A stretch of 64,000 nt of DNA, taken from contig DASWII010000009.1 in assembly GCA_036397755.1 (NCBI GenBank), positions 22,233-86,232 of the forward strand, in the 5' to 3' direction. A program made the translations under genes and the position numbers. Shown here piece by piece: positions 25,755 to 35,216 of this stretch. This DNA is from Gemmatimonadales bacterium (GTDB lineage: Bacteria > Gemmatimonadota > Gemmatimonadetes > Gemmatimonadales > GWC2-71-9). The notes under the pieces were generated by a model. The model saw only the letters and a list, made by a program, of their open reading frames with translations, was not told the DNA's origin and did not search any database. Each line of letters begins with the position of its first letter. Positions within the stretch are counted from its first letter, which is position 1.

Positions 25755-27689
25755 ATGGCTCGGCCGATGCTGCGGCTCGGGGCCGTGCGACTCTCGTTCG
25801 CGCTCGGTGTGCTGCTGATTCTGGGACGCGCGGCGCAGGTCCAGTTGGTGAACGGCTCGGAGCACGCCGCCGCGGCGACCGCGCAGAGGACGGAGCGGAC
25901 CAGGATTCAGGCGCCGCGGGGTGGTATCTACGATCGCAACGGCGTGTCCCTCGCGCTCACACAGCCGGTGTTCGAAGTTGGGGTTGCGCCCAATGAACTC
26001 CGGGATATGCAGCGCGATGTGGCCCTGATTGCGGACCGGCTCGACCTGCCCACCACAATCGTCCAGCGAGCCATGCGGCGGCGCTACGCGTATTTCCGCG
26101 GACCATTCTCGTCGGCTCAGGTGCGGGACCTGCGACAGGTCCGGGGCGTTCATCTGACGGCGTCGCTCCGCAGATTCTACCCGCGACCCAACCTGGCGCG
26201 CCCACTGATCGGACTCCCCGCGGCGGATGGGCGGCCGGCGAGCGGTCTGGAGCGGACCTTCGACGACGTGCTGACCGGCACGGACGGAAGTGCCGTGGTG
26301 CTACGAGATCGCGCGGGCATCGCGTATGCGGCGCCGTCCGGGCTCGATGAATTCCCGATTCCCGGCAACGATCTGTATCTGACGATCGACGTCGAACTCC
26401 AGGAGATCGTCGAGCAGGCACTGGCCGACGCAATCGAGGCGCTTCCCGCGGCGGGTGGCGACGTCGTCGTGCTCGCGCCCCGCACCGGAGAGATCCTCGC
26501 GGTGGCATCGCAGCGGCGCGACGGGCCGACGGCCGCGGCGTTCCTGTCGGCCTTCGAGCCGGGGTCGACCGCGAAGCTCTTTGCCGCCGCCGCCCTGCTG
26601 GCGGAGTCGATCGCCGTTCCCACCGAGCGCGTGTTCGTCGAAGGCGGGCGTTATGAGTTCGATGGCCGGGTCATTGAGGATGACCATCCCGCTGACTGGC
26701 TGTCGTTTCAGGAAGTGATCGAACGGTCCAGCAACATTGGCATGGTCAAGCTCGCCTCGCGGCTCGAGCCCGAGCGACAGTACGAGATGCTGCGGGCCTT
26801 CGGATTTGGGACGCCGACGGGTGTGGAGTTCCCAGTGGAGTCGCCCGGGATCCTCCGACTTCCCCATCGCTGGAGCGGCACCTCGGCGGCAAGCCTGGCG
26901 ATGGGCTACGAGGTTGCCGTGTCGCCCATCCAGTTGGCGCAGGCCTATGCGGCCATCGCGAACGACGGGGTCCTCGTGCAGCCCACCCTGGTGAGAGAAA
27001 TCCGAACCACTGACGGGACACTCGTCCGCCGGCACGGGCCGACTCCCGTGCGACGGGCGATTCGCCCAGACGTCGCCCGCACACTGAAATCCATGCTGCG
27101 GGGGGTGGTCTACCGCGGCGGAACCGGGGAGGCAGCGGCGCTCTCCACATACGAAGTCGCGGGCAAGACCGGAACGGCCCGGCGTGCCGGTCCGGGGGGC
27201 TACGTGCGAGGCTCCTACATCGCGAGCTTCGCCTCGCTGTTCCCGGCGGACGATCCACAGTTGGTGATGGTGGTCAAGCTGGATGACCCGCGCCTGGGCT
27301 ATGCGAGCACATCGGCGGCCCCCGTTACTCGTGCCGTGCTCGAGCAGCTGCTTGCCTCGCGAACGTCGGTGCTGGACCGCGGGGCGCTCGGCAAGTTGAA
27401 TCCCGTGCTTGCGCGATCCCCCACCGCTGAGCCGGACGTTCCCGGCCCCCGCTTCGTGACGAACTGGCCGGCAGCCCAACGCACGAGCCCGACCGACTCG
27501 ATGGTGATCGTGCCCGACGTGAGCGGGCTTTCCGTGCGTCGGGCGGCGGAGCGTCTGCATCGTGCTGGTCTACGCGCTGGCGCGGAGCGGCCCGGCGCGG
27601 TACGCGCCACGGACCCTGTGGCGGGCGACACGGTTCCGCGGGGGAGCGTCATTCAGCTCCGCTTGGCGGAAGGGAGTCACCGGCGGTGA
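25755..27689 (+). CDS. ftsI: peptidoglycan D,D-transpeptidase FtsI (class B PBP) with a C-terminal PASTA-like domain
   Basis: N-terminal TM, 'EPGSTAKLF' (SxxK), 'SSN', 'KTGTA', and a C-terminal 'VPDVSGLSVRRAAERLHRAGLRA...VAGDTVPRGSVIQLRL'. Confidence 0.93.
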   Translation: MARPMLRLGAVRLSFALGVLLILGRAAQVQLVNGSEHAAAATAQRTERTRIQAPRGGIYDRNGVSLALTQPVFEVGVAPNELRDMQRDVALIADRLDLPTTIVQRAMRRRYAYFRGPFSSAQVRDLRQVRGVHLTASLRRFYPRPNLARPLIGLPAADGRPASGLERTFDDVLTGTDGSAVVLRDRAGIAYAAPSGLDEFPIPGNDLYLTIDVELQEIVEQALADAIEALPAAGGDVVVLAPRTGEILAVASQRRDGPTAAAFLSAFEPGSTAKLFAAAALLAESIAVPTERVFVEGGRYEFDGRVIEDDHPADWLSFQEVIERSSNIGMVKLASRLEPERQYEMLRAFGFGTPTGVEFPVESPGILRLPHRWSGTSAASLAMGYEVAVSPIQLAQAYAAIANDGVLVQPTLVREIRTTDGTLVRRHGPTPVRRAIRPDVARTLKSMLRGVVYRGGTGEAAALSTYEVAGKTGTARRAGPGGYVRGSYIASFASLFPADDPQLVMVVKLDDPRLGYASTSAAPVTRAVLEQLLASRTSVLDRGALGKLNPVLARSPTAEPDVPGPRFVTNWPAAQRTSPTDSMVIVPDVSGLSVRRAAERLHRAGLRAGAERPGAVRATDPVAGDTVPRGSVIQLRLAEGSHRR

Positions 27690-29143
27690 CGTCGCTTGAC
27701 GAGATCGTCCAGGCGCTGGCCGCCCACGATATCCTCGTGTCGGCTCCGAGTGAGTTGCCGGCCATCACCGGGTTGTCGGACGACTCGCGGGAGGTGCGCC
27801 CGGGGTACTTGTTCTGCGCGCACGGGGGAACCGTCAGCGACGGTCATCGGTTTGTCGGCGACGCGGTGGACCGGGGGGCCGCGGCAGTGTTGGTGGCGCG
27901 GGAAGTGCCAGCTGCCGTGCCGCGGATTGTGGTGCGGGAGAGCCGGGACGCGGTCACGGTGGCCGCGGCGGCGTGGTACGGCCACCCGGCCGGGTCGCTG
28001 CGTTTCGTGGCCGTGACGGGCACCAACGGCAAGACGACGTCTGTCTCGCTGGTAAGGCATCTGCTTAACGACGAGGGTGTGGTGGGGCGTATCGGAACGC
28101 TCGGCGCGGTCGATGGTTTGGATCGCGGGGTTCCGGGGCACCACCACCTTACGACGCCCGGAGCGGTGGCACTCCAGGCGGTCCTGGCCCACCTGCGAAA
28201 TGCCGGAGTGCGCGATGTGGTGATGGAGGCCTCGTCGCATGCGCTGGACCAAGGGAGGCTGGCGGGCCTCTCGCTGGACGCTGCTCTCTTCACCAACCTG
28301 ACCCACGAACATCTCGACTACCACGGCTCGCTCGACCGCTATCGATCAAGCAAGCTCCGCCTGCTCGATCTGCTCACCGCCGACGGTGTCGCCGTGCTCA
28401 ACGCGGACGACCCAGCGTGGGCCAACGTGCAGCCCAGCGGCGCGCGCCGGACCGTGCGGTTCGGCCGAACGGGGGACGTGCGCGTCGCGCCGCTTCGGGC
28501 AGACGCGCTCGGGACCGAGATCGAGCTTGTCTGCGAGAGCCGAAGGCTCCAGGCGCGCGTCCCGCTTCCGGGAGCGTTCAACGTGGATAACGCCGCCGGC
28601 GCGATGGCGACCGCCTGGGCGCTCGGCGTGCCACTGGACCACGTGGTCGAACGGCTCGCCTCGGCACCGCAGGTGCTTGGCCGGATGGAGCGGCTCGTGG
28701 AGCGGGAATCCACCGTGGTTCTGCGAGACTACGCGCACACGCCCGATGCCCTGCGGCGGCTGCTGGAGGCGCTCCGGCCGGTGACCTCCGGTCGCCTGAT
28801 CGTACTGTTCGGCGCCGGGGGCGACCGCGACCGGACCAAACGTCCGGAGATGGGTGCCATCGCCGAGCGAATGGCTGATGCCGTCGTCCTCACGTCAGAC
28901 AACCCGCGGCACGAGGACGGCGACGCCATCCTCGATGATATCGAGCGAGGCATGCGTGGCTCAGGACACCGGCGCGTTGTGGATCGAGAAAAAGCCATCC
29001 TGGAGACGCTGGCGCAGCTCGCCGATGGCGACTGCTTGGTGTTGGCCGGCAAGGGTCACGAGACCTATCAGATCATCGGAGACGAACGAACCCCCTTCGA
29101 CGAGCGCGCGATTGTGCGTGGGTACTTCGGATTGCCGCAATGA
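27686..29143 (+). CDS. murE: UDP-N-acetylmuramoyl-L-alanyl-D-glutamate--2,6-diaminopimelate ligase
   Basis: 'VTGTNGKTT' and the 'TSDNPRHED' (DNPR) motif. GTGA overlap with ftsI. Confidence 0.95.
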   Translation: MTSLDEIVQALAAHDILVSAPSELPAITGLSDDSREVRPGYLFCAHGGTVSDGHRFVGDAVDRGAAAVLVAREVPAAVPRIVVRESRDAVTVAAAAWYGHPAGSLRFVAVTGTNGKTTSVSLVRHLLNDEGVVGRIGTLGAVDGLDRGVPGHHHLTTPGAVALQAVLAHLRNAGVRDVVMEASSHALDQGRLAGLSLDAALFTNLTHEHLDYHGSLDRYRSSKLRLLDLLTADGVAVLNADDPAWANVQPSGARRTVRFGRTGDVRVAPLRADALGTEIELVCESRRLQARVPLPGAFNVDNAAGAMATAWALGVPLDHVVERLASAPQVLGRMERLVERESTVVLRDYAHTPDALRRLLEALRPVTSGRLIVLFGAGGDRDRTKRPEMGAIAERMADAVVLTSDNPRHEDGDAILDDIERGMRGSGHRRVVDREKAILETLAQLADGDCLVLAGKGHETYQIIGDERTPFDERAIVRGYFGLPQ

Positions 29144-30489
29144 GGGCGTGGTCGACGGGAGACGTGGACGCCGCGCTCGGACTCGCGCCGGGCGCCGCGC
29201 AGCGCTCGTTCAGCGGCATCAGCACCGATAGCCGCAGCGTGGAGCGCGGTGCGCTCTTCGTCGCGCTTCGCGGTGAACGGTTTGACGGCCATCGCTTTGT
29301 GGCGATGGCGCACGAGCGAGGAGCCAGTGGCGCGGTGGTCGAGCGCGGCGCTCCCGTCCCCGAGGGCATGGTGGCGTTCGAAGTCGACGACACGCTCGTG
29401 GCGTTAGGTCGACTCGCCCGTGCGTGCCGGCGGCATGTCACGGGGCCCGTCATCGGCGTGACGGGAACGAACGGCAAGACGTCGACCAAGGAGATGCTCG
29501 CGCACACCCTAGGGATCCGGTGGGCAGTGCACGCGACGAGGGTGAATCGCAATAATCTCGTGGGTGTTCCGCTCACGATTCTGGAGGCGCCGGAGAACGC
29601 GGACTCGTTGGTGGTCGAGGTGGGAGCCAGCGCTCCGGGCGAGGTGGCGCGTCTCCGGGACGTCATTGCCCCGACTCTCGGTGTCGTGACCAACGTGTCC
29701 GCTGGTCACCTCGAAGGTTTCGGCTCCATGCGCGGGATCATGCAGGAGAAGGTGTCGCTCCTCGTGGGCGTCGAGCACGCGGTCGTCGGTGGAGAGCCAG
29801 CCGATCTGGGCGACGCGGCGCGGCGGGTCGCTCCGCGCGTCACGGTGGCGGGAACATCCGGGCACGCGGACGTGGCGCCAACCTCCGTGACAATGGGCGG
29901 CGACGGTCGGGCGGAGATCGTCTACCGGGAACGCCGCGTGCGCTTGGCGGTGAGTGGAGTGCACCAAGTGGAAAACGCGATGATCGCCCTGGCCGTGGCG
30001 GACGTGCTCGGCATCGAGCTGGACGCCGCGGTTGACGTCCTCCGGAGGGTCGAGGTGCCGGGTGGTCGCTGTCGCGTGTTGCGTTCCGATCGGCTCACCG
30101 TGATCGACGACACGTACAACGCGAACCCGGCGTCCTTGGCGGCCGCTCTCCGGACGGCGGAGTCGATGGCGGGTGGGCGCCCGCTGGTGATCGGGCTCGG
30201 CAGCATGCTGGAGCTCGGGCCGGAGGAAACCGCGCTGCACGCCGAGATGGCTGCGCACGTGCTGAAGTCGCAGCCCGCCCTGGTGGCTGTCACCGGTGCG
30301 TTCGCGCCGGCGTTCGACCCGTGGCGCACGGAACTCGGTGACCGGTTGATCGTTTCGCCCGACGCCGACACTTTGGGTGCAGCGCTCGCTCAGCGGCTCA
30401 CGGGCGGCGAACTGGTGCTACTCAAGGCATCGCACGGGGTGCATCTGGAGTGCGCCATTCCGCACCTCATCGGGGATGAAACTGCCTAG
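29140..30489 (+). CDS. murF: UDP-N-acetylmuramoyl-tripeptide--D-alanyl-D-alanine ligase
   Basis: 'GVTGTNGKTSTKEM' and 'DDTYNANP'. ATGA overlap with murE. Confidence 0.95.
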   Translation: MRAWSTGDVDAALGLAPGAAQRSFSGISTDSRSVERGALFVALRGERFDGHRFVAMAHERGASGAVVERGAPVPEGMVAFEVDDTLVALGRLARACRRHVTGPVIGVTGTNGKTSTKEMLAHTLGIRWAVHATRVNRNNLVGVPLTILEAPENADSLVVEVGASAPGEVARLRDVIAPTLGVVTNVSAGHLEGFGSMRGIMQEKVSLLVGVEHAVVGGEPADLGDAARRVAPRVTVAGTSGHADVAPTSVTMGGDGRAEIVYRERRVRLAVSGVHQVENAMIALAVADVLGIELDAAVDVLRRVEVPGGRCRVLRSDRLTVIDDTYNANPASLAAALRTAESMAGGRPLVIGLGSMLELGPEETALHAEMAAHVLKSQPALVAVTGAFAPAFDPWRTELGDRLIVSPDADTLGAALAQRLTGGELVLLKASHGVHLECAIPHLIGDETA

Positions 30490-31610
30490 TGTTCTACCAT
30501 CTGCTCGCTCCATTCGCCGAACGCCACATCGTGTTCAACCTGTTCGCGTACATCACGTTCAGGACCGCTGGGGCCGGCGTCACGGCCATCCTGCTCTCGT
30601 TCGTCATCGGGCCGTTTATCATTCGGCGGTTGCAGGAGAAGAAGGTGGGGCAGGTGATCCGTGCGGAGGGTCCCCGGTCGCACCAGGGCAAGCAGGGCAC
30701 GCCGACCATGGGTGGTATCATCGTGCTGATCTGCACCCTGGTGCCGACGCTGTTGTGGGCGCAGCTCTCCAATCGCTACGTGATCGTGGCGGCTCTGGCG
30801 ACGCTCTGGATGGGGTGCATCGGATTCCTCGACGACTACCTCAAGTTCGTCGAGGGCAAGTCCCGCGGGCTCGTGGCGAAGTACAAGCTGGTCGGTCAGC
30901 TCACCTTTGGGCTGGGACTGGCCATGTACCTGCTGGTCTGGCCCCTCGCGCCGACGGTCGCGGCCAACACGGTCACACTGCCGTTCTTCAAATACGTCTT
31001 GATCCCTTTGCCGCCGGTGCTGTACCTGGCGTTCGTCACGTTCGTGACGGCGGGAGCGAGCAACGCCGTCAATCTGACGGACGGACTCGACGGACTCGCA
31101 ACGGGGCTTACGGCGATCGCCGCGGCCACCCTGGGGATCTTCGCGTACTTGTTCGGCCGGGTGGATACTGCGGAGTATCTCCTGGTCCCGTACCTGGCCG
31201 GTGCGGGGGAACTCACCGTGTTTTGCGTCAGTCTTGCGGGGGCGGCCCTCGGTTTTCTGTGGTACAACGCGCACCCGGCGCAGGTCTTCATGGGTGACAC
31301 GGGCAGTCTCGCGATCGGCGGCGCATTCGGAACGGTCGCGATCCTGCTCAAGTCGGAGTTTCTCCTTCTCATCGTTGCCGGAGTGTTCGTCGCCGAGGCC
31401 GCGTCGGTGATTCTGCAGACGTCCGTGTATCGGTGGCGCAAACGCCGCCGTGGGAAGAGCTATGCCGACCAGCATCGGCTCTTTCGGATGGCACCGCTCC
31501 ATCATCATTTCGAGCAACTCGGCTGGCCCGAGTCGCGTATCGTGACGCGGTTCTATATCATCGGCATTCTGTGCGCGTTGTTCGCCCTCTCCACCCTGAA
31601 GATCAGATGA
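30489..31610 (+). CDS. mraY: phospho-N-acetylmuramoyl-pentapeptide transferase
   Basis: 'GTPTMGG', 'NAVNLTDGLDGLA' and 'FMGDTGSLAIGG'. The GTG overlaps the murF TAG by 1 nt. Confidence 0.96.
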   Translation: MFYHLLAPFAERHIVFNLFAYITFRTAGAGVTAILLSFVIGPFIIRRLQEKKVGQVIRAEGPRSHQGKQGTPTMGGIIVLICTLVPTLLWAQLSNRYVIVAALATLWMGCIGFLDDYLKFVEGKSRGLVAKYKLVGQLTFGLGLAMYLLVWPLAPTVAANTVTLPFFKYVLIPLPPVLYLAFVTFVTAGASNAVNLTDGLDGLATGLTAIAAATLGIFAYLFGRVDTAEYLLVPYLAGAGELTVFCVSLAGAALGFLWYNAHPAQVFMGDTGSLAIGGAFGTVAILLKSEFLLLIVAGVFVAEAASVILQTSVYRWRKRRRGKSYADQHRLFRMAPLHHHFEQLGWPESRIVTRFYIIGILCALFALSTLKIR

Positions 31611-32950
31611 TCCCAGCCCGGTGGCGTGACGGGGAGGTGGCAGTGATTGGGTTGGGTCGGAGCGGCCGGGCGGCCTCCGCGTGGCTGGCGGCGCACGGTT
31701 GTGCGGTCTATGCCTCGGACCGGTCCGACGATGAGGCTGTGCGCGCCGGCGCGGCGGCGCTCCGCGCCGTCGGGTGCGTCGTCGATACGGGATCCCACGA
31801 CACGAACCGCGTCGCCCGGGCGGTCGTCGCCATCGTGTCGCCGGGAGTCGCGCCGGATGCGCCGCCCGTCGCGGCGGCACGCGCCGCGGGGGTCGAGGTG
31901 CTCGCCGAGCTGGATCTCGGAGTGCTGGCCCTGGATGGCGTGCCCGTGGTGGCCGTCACCGGGACCAACGGCAAGACGACAACCACGGCATGCATCGCGC
32001 ACCTCCTCGTGGCGGCCGGCGTCCGGGCTGTTGCGGGTGGCAATATCGGTCGTCCGTTGGTGGACGTCGCCACCGATCCGCAGCGGCCCGAATGGGTGGT
32101 GGTCGAGACGTCATCGTTCCAATTGCATGATGCACCCCACCTTGATCCCGCGGTTGGGGTTGTCACCAACCTCGCGGCCGATCACCTCGATCGCTATCCG
32201 ACGCTCGAGGCGTACTACGAAGACAAGCGCTTGCTCTTTCGCAATGCGACGCCACAGTCCATCTGGGTGCTCAACGCCGATGACGCGGTGGTGGAGACTC
32301 TCTGTGAGGGTCGGCCGGGCTCGCGCAAGCGGTTCAGCACCGCGAAGCCGAGCGACGCTTGGTACGACCGCGAACGCGGGGAACTTGTCGTGGGCGCGAC
32401 GGCGGTGCTGCGACGGGCGGAACTCCAGCTCTTCGGAGATCACAATGTGGCGAACGTGCTCGCGGCAGCGCTCGCCGCGCAGGCCGTGGGCGTCGGACCC
32501 GAGCAATTGACCGAGGGCCTACGCTCCTTCCGACCGCTGCCGCACCGCCTCGAGCCCGTCACGGAACGGGATGGCATCCTGTGGATCAATGATTCGAAGG
32601 CGACCAACGTCGCCTCGGCCATCGTGGCGTTGCGAGCGATGAACCGGCCGTACGTGCTCGTGCTCGGCGGGCGCGACAAGGGAGACGATTTTGCCAAACT
32701 CAACAGCGCCCTGGAGAGATGTCGGCGCGCGGTGGCGTATGGTGAGGCGGGCGCGGCGGTGGCGGCGGCGATACGGTCGCGCGTGAAGGTGGACGTCGTG
32801 GAGCTCTTCGATGCGGCCGTGCGCACGGCGGAGGGAGCGGCCCGGTCGGGTGACGCCCTGCTCCTGTCGCCGGCCTGCGCGAGCTTCGATCAATTCAGCA
32901 ACTATGAGGAGCGCGGGCTGCGGTTCCGGCATCTCGCGGGCGCGCCATGA
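31607..32950 (+). CDS. murD: UDP-N-acetylmuramoylalanine--D-glutamate ligase
   Basis: 'VIGLGRSGRAA', 'VTGTNGKTTT' and 'NDSKATN'. ATGA overlap with mraY. I discard the 58-codon upstream extension in the ORF track. Confidence 0.94.
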   Translation: MIPARWRDGEVAVIGLGRSGRAASAWLAAHGCAVYASDRSDDEAVRAGAAALRAVGCVVDTGSHDTNRVARAVVAIVSPGVAPDAPPVAAARAAGVEVLAELDLGVLALDGVPVVAVTGTNGKTTTTACIAHLLVAAGVRAVAGGNIGRPLVDVATDPQRPEWVVVETSSFQLHDAPHLDPAVGVVTNLAADHLDRYPTLEAYYEDKRLLFRNATPQSIWVLNADDAVVETLCEGRPGSRKRFSTAKPSDAWYDRERGELVVGATAVLRRAELQLFGDHNVANVLAAALAAQAVGVGPEQLTEGLRSFRPLPHRLEPVTERDGILWINDSKATNVASAIVALRAMNRPYVLVLGGRDKGDDFAKLNSALERCRRAVAYGEAGAAVAAAIRSRVKVDVVELFDAAVRTAEGAARSGDALLLSPACASFDQFSNYEERGLRFRHLAGAP

Positions 32951-34074
32951 CCCCGGCGAACGGTACGCCGCTCGAGTGGGAGGGGCGGTTGTTGGGTGTG
33001 GTCACGGCCGTGCTCGTGGCCTTTGGTGTCGCGGCCGTCTACGGCGCGTCGTCCGTTTGGGCGGTACAGAGCGGCCAGCCGGGCCAGTTCTTCGCGCTGC
33101 GCCAGCTGGGTGGGGCCGTCGCTGGCGTTCTGCTGCTCGTGGTCGCCGCCCGGGTGGATTACCAGTGGTGGCGTCGGCTTGCCTGGCCGCTCCTGGGGCT
33201 CACCGTCGTGCTCCTGCTTATCCCGCTACTCCCGTTCGCGCGTGGGATCGCCCCGGAGATCAACGGAGCGCGACGGTGGGTGCAGCTCGGTCCAGCGTCG
33301 ATCCAACCATCTGAGTTCGCGAAGTTCACCGTTGTGGTGTGGGTGGCGATGCTCGCGGCCAAAAAGGGAGACCTGGTCCGCGAGTTCAAGCGCGGCCTGC
33401 TCCCCTTCCTGATCGTGACTCTGCCGGTCGTTGGGCTGATCGTCCTGGAGCCCGACCTGTCCTCCGGCACCGTGGTGCTCCTGCTGGCCGGCATCGTGGT
33501 GTTCACGGCCGGCGCCAAGATCGGTCATTTTCTCGTGATCGGTGTCATGGCGCTGCCCCTGGTGTGGCACGAAGTGGCCACGGTGCAATACCGGTTGCAA
33601 CGCATGGTCAGCTTCTTGAGTTCCGGGGACGACCTGGCCGAGGCGAGTTGGCAGATCCAGCAGTCCCTCGTGGGATTCGGCGCTGGGGAGTTCCTTGGGA
33701 CGGGGTTCGGCCAGGGATTACAAAAGCTCGGCTATCTGCCGTACGCGTATTCGGACTTCATCTTCAGCACCATCGGCGAGGAGTGGGGGTTCTTGGGCGT
33801 GGTGGTGCTCGTGGGGCTGTTTGCCGTCTACCTCATCCTCGGGTTTCGCATCGCGCGGACGGCGCCGGATCTGTTCGGCACGCTGCTCGCGACCGGGCTG
33901 ACGTCGGCAATCGGCATCGCGGCCATCCTGCACATGGCGGTCACCCTGCACCTCGTGCCGACGACGGGTATCAGCTTGCCGTTCATCTCCTATGGACGCT
34001 CGAGTCTCCTCGTGTCGCTGCTGGCCACCGGCGTGCTCATCGGCATCGGGTCGCGCCGCGGGTCTGCGCGATGA
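32947..34074 (+). CDS. ftsW: SEDS-family peptidoglycan glycosyltransferase FtsW
   Basis: 'IQPSEFAKF', 'LPYAYSDFIFSTIGEEWGFLG' and 10 TM-like segments. ATGA overlap. Confidence 0.93.
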   Translation: MTPANGTPLEWEGRLLGVVTAVLVAFGVAAVYGASSVWAVQSGQPGQFFALRQLGGAVAGVLLLVVAARVDYQWWRRLAWPLLGLTVVLLLIPLLPFARGIAPEINGARRWVQLGPASIQPSEFAKFTVVVWVAMLAAKKGDLVREFKRGLLPFLIVTLPVVGLIVLEPDLSSGTVVLLLAGIVVFTAGAKIGHFLVIGVMALPLVWHEVATVQYRLQRMVSFLSSGDDLAEASWQIQQSLVGFGAGEFLGTGFGQGLQKLGYLPYAYSDFIFSTIGEEWGFLGVVVLVGLFAVYLILGFRIARTAPDLFGTLLATGLTSAIGIAAILHMAVTLHLVPTTGISLPFISYGRSSLLVSLLATGVLIGIGSRRGSAR

Positions 34075-35165
34075 GGTCCATTCTTATTGCAGGCGGGGGG
34101 ACCGGTGGTCATCTCATGCCGGCCCTCGCCATCGCTGACGCGCTCGTGCGCCTCGACGCAGACGTCGAGCCGGTGTTGGTCGGCGCCCGCAGAGGGGTGG
34201 AGGCACGGATCCTTCCGACTCGACCGTACCGGTATTACCTCCTCCCGACCGAGCCCATCTACCGGACGCAGTGGTGGCGCAACCTGCGGTGGCCGGTCCT
34301 GGCGGCTCGTGTGCTGTCGCTCGCGCGCGAGATCGTCCGTTGGGAGCAGCCCGTCGTGGCGGTCGGGACCGGTGGGTATGCCGCGGGACCGCCGCTCGTC
34401 GCGGCAGCACGCGCCCGAGTTCCCCTCGTGCTTCAAGAGCAGAACGCCTATCCGGGATTCACGACCCGCAGGTTGTCGCCCCGGGCAGCGCAGGTCCACC
34501 TGGGCTTTCCCGAAGCTCGCCAACACCTGCGGGTAGCCCCGGGCACGGCGGTGCACATGTTCGGCAACCCCGTCGTGCCACCGCCGGATCCGAGGCCCAC
34601 CCCCACGCAGGCCAAGACGGCACTGGGAATCGATCCAGCCCGGCCGGCGCTGCTCGTGTTCGGTGGCAGCCAAGGAGCCCGCGCACTCAACGCGGTGGTG
34701 TCGGCAGCTGTCGCGCAGCGGCTGTTCGACCATGTTGCCCTGCTGTGGGGTACCGGACCCGCGGCGTTTGACCGGTATCGACACTTACACGCTCCGCCCG
34801 CGCGGGTGATCCGAGCGTTCTGGGACCCCATCGCCGAGGCCTACGCGGCCGCCGATCTGGTGCTGTCCCGGTCCGGTGCCATGACGACTGCCGAAGTGTG
34901 TGTGTGGGGTCGGCCGGCGGTCTACGTGCCGCTGCCAACCGCCGCGGGCGACCATCAGACGGCGAACGCGCGTGCCTTGGCGGACGGTGGCGCGGCGATG
35001 CTCGTCCCTGAGGTGGAATTGCGGCCTGAGTCCCTCGGGGCGTTGGTTCGGGATTTGTTCGCTTCTGGGAATCGGCTGGAATCGATGGGGGCGGCAGCGG
35101 CATCGCGTGGACACCCGAAAGCAGCCGAAAGCATAGCTAGAACCGTTCTCACGTTAGTGGCCTAA
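34071..35165 (+). CDS. murG: UDP-N-acetylglucosamine--N-acetylmuramyl-(pentapeptide) pyrophosphoryl-undecaprenol GlcNAc transferase
   Basis: 'IAGGGTGGHLMPALAIA' and 'LVFGGSQGA'. ATGA overlap with ftsW. I discard the 244-codon upstream extension in the ORF track. Confidence 0.94.
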   Translation: MRSILIAGGGTGGHLMPALAIADALVRLDADVEPVLVGARRGVEARILPTRPYRYYLLPTEPIYRTQWWRNLRWPVLAARVLSLAREIVRWEQPVVAVGTGGYAAGPPLVAAARARVPLVLQEQNAYPGFTTRRLSPRAAQVHLGFPEARQHLRVAPGTAVHMFGNPVVPPPDPRPTPTQAKTALGIDPARPALLVFGGSQGARALNAVVSAAVAQRLFDHVALLWGTGPAAFDRYRHLHAPPARVIRAFWDPIAEAYAAADLVLSRSGAMTTAEVCVWGRPAVYVPLPTAAGDHQTANARALADGGAAMLVPEVELRPESLGALVRDLFASGNRLESMGAAAASRGHPKAAESIARTVLTLVA

Positions 35166-35176
35166 GTCTAAAGCCT

Positions 35177-35204
35177 TTCGCAACTTCCCTGATGTCTTTA
35201 TATT
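35177..35204 (+). promoter_or_regulatory. possible internal dcw promoter upstream of murC (TTCGCA-16-TATATT)
   Basis: This is the only AT-rich gap (51 nt) in the dcw cluster. The -10 TATATT lies at 35199-204, and ATG 35217 follows with no SD. Confidence 0.3.
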
Positions 35205-35216
35205 GTCTGCCCACCA

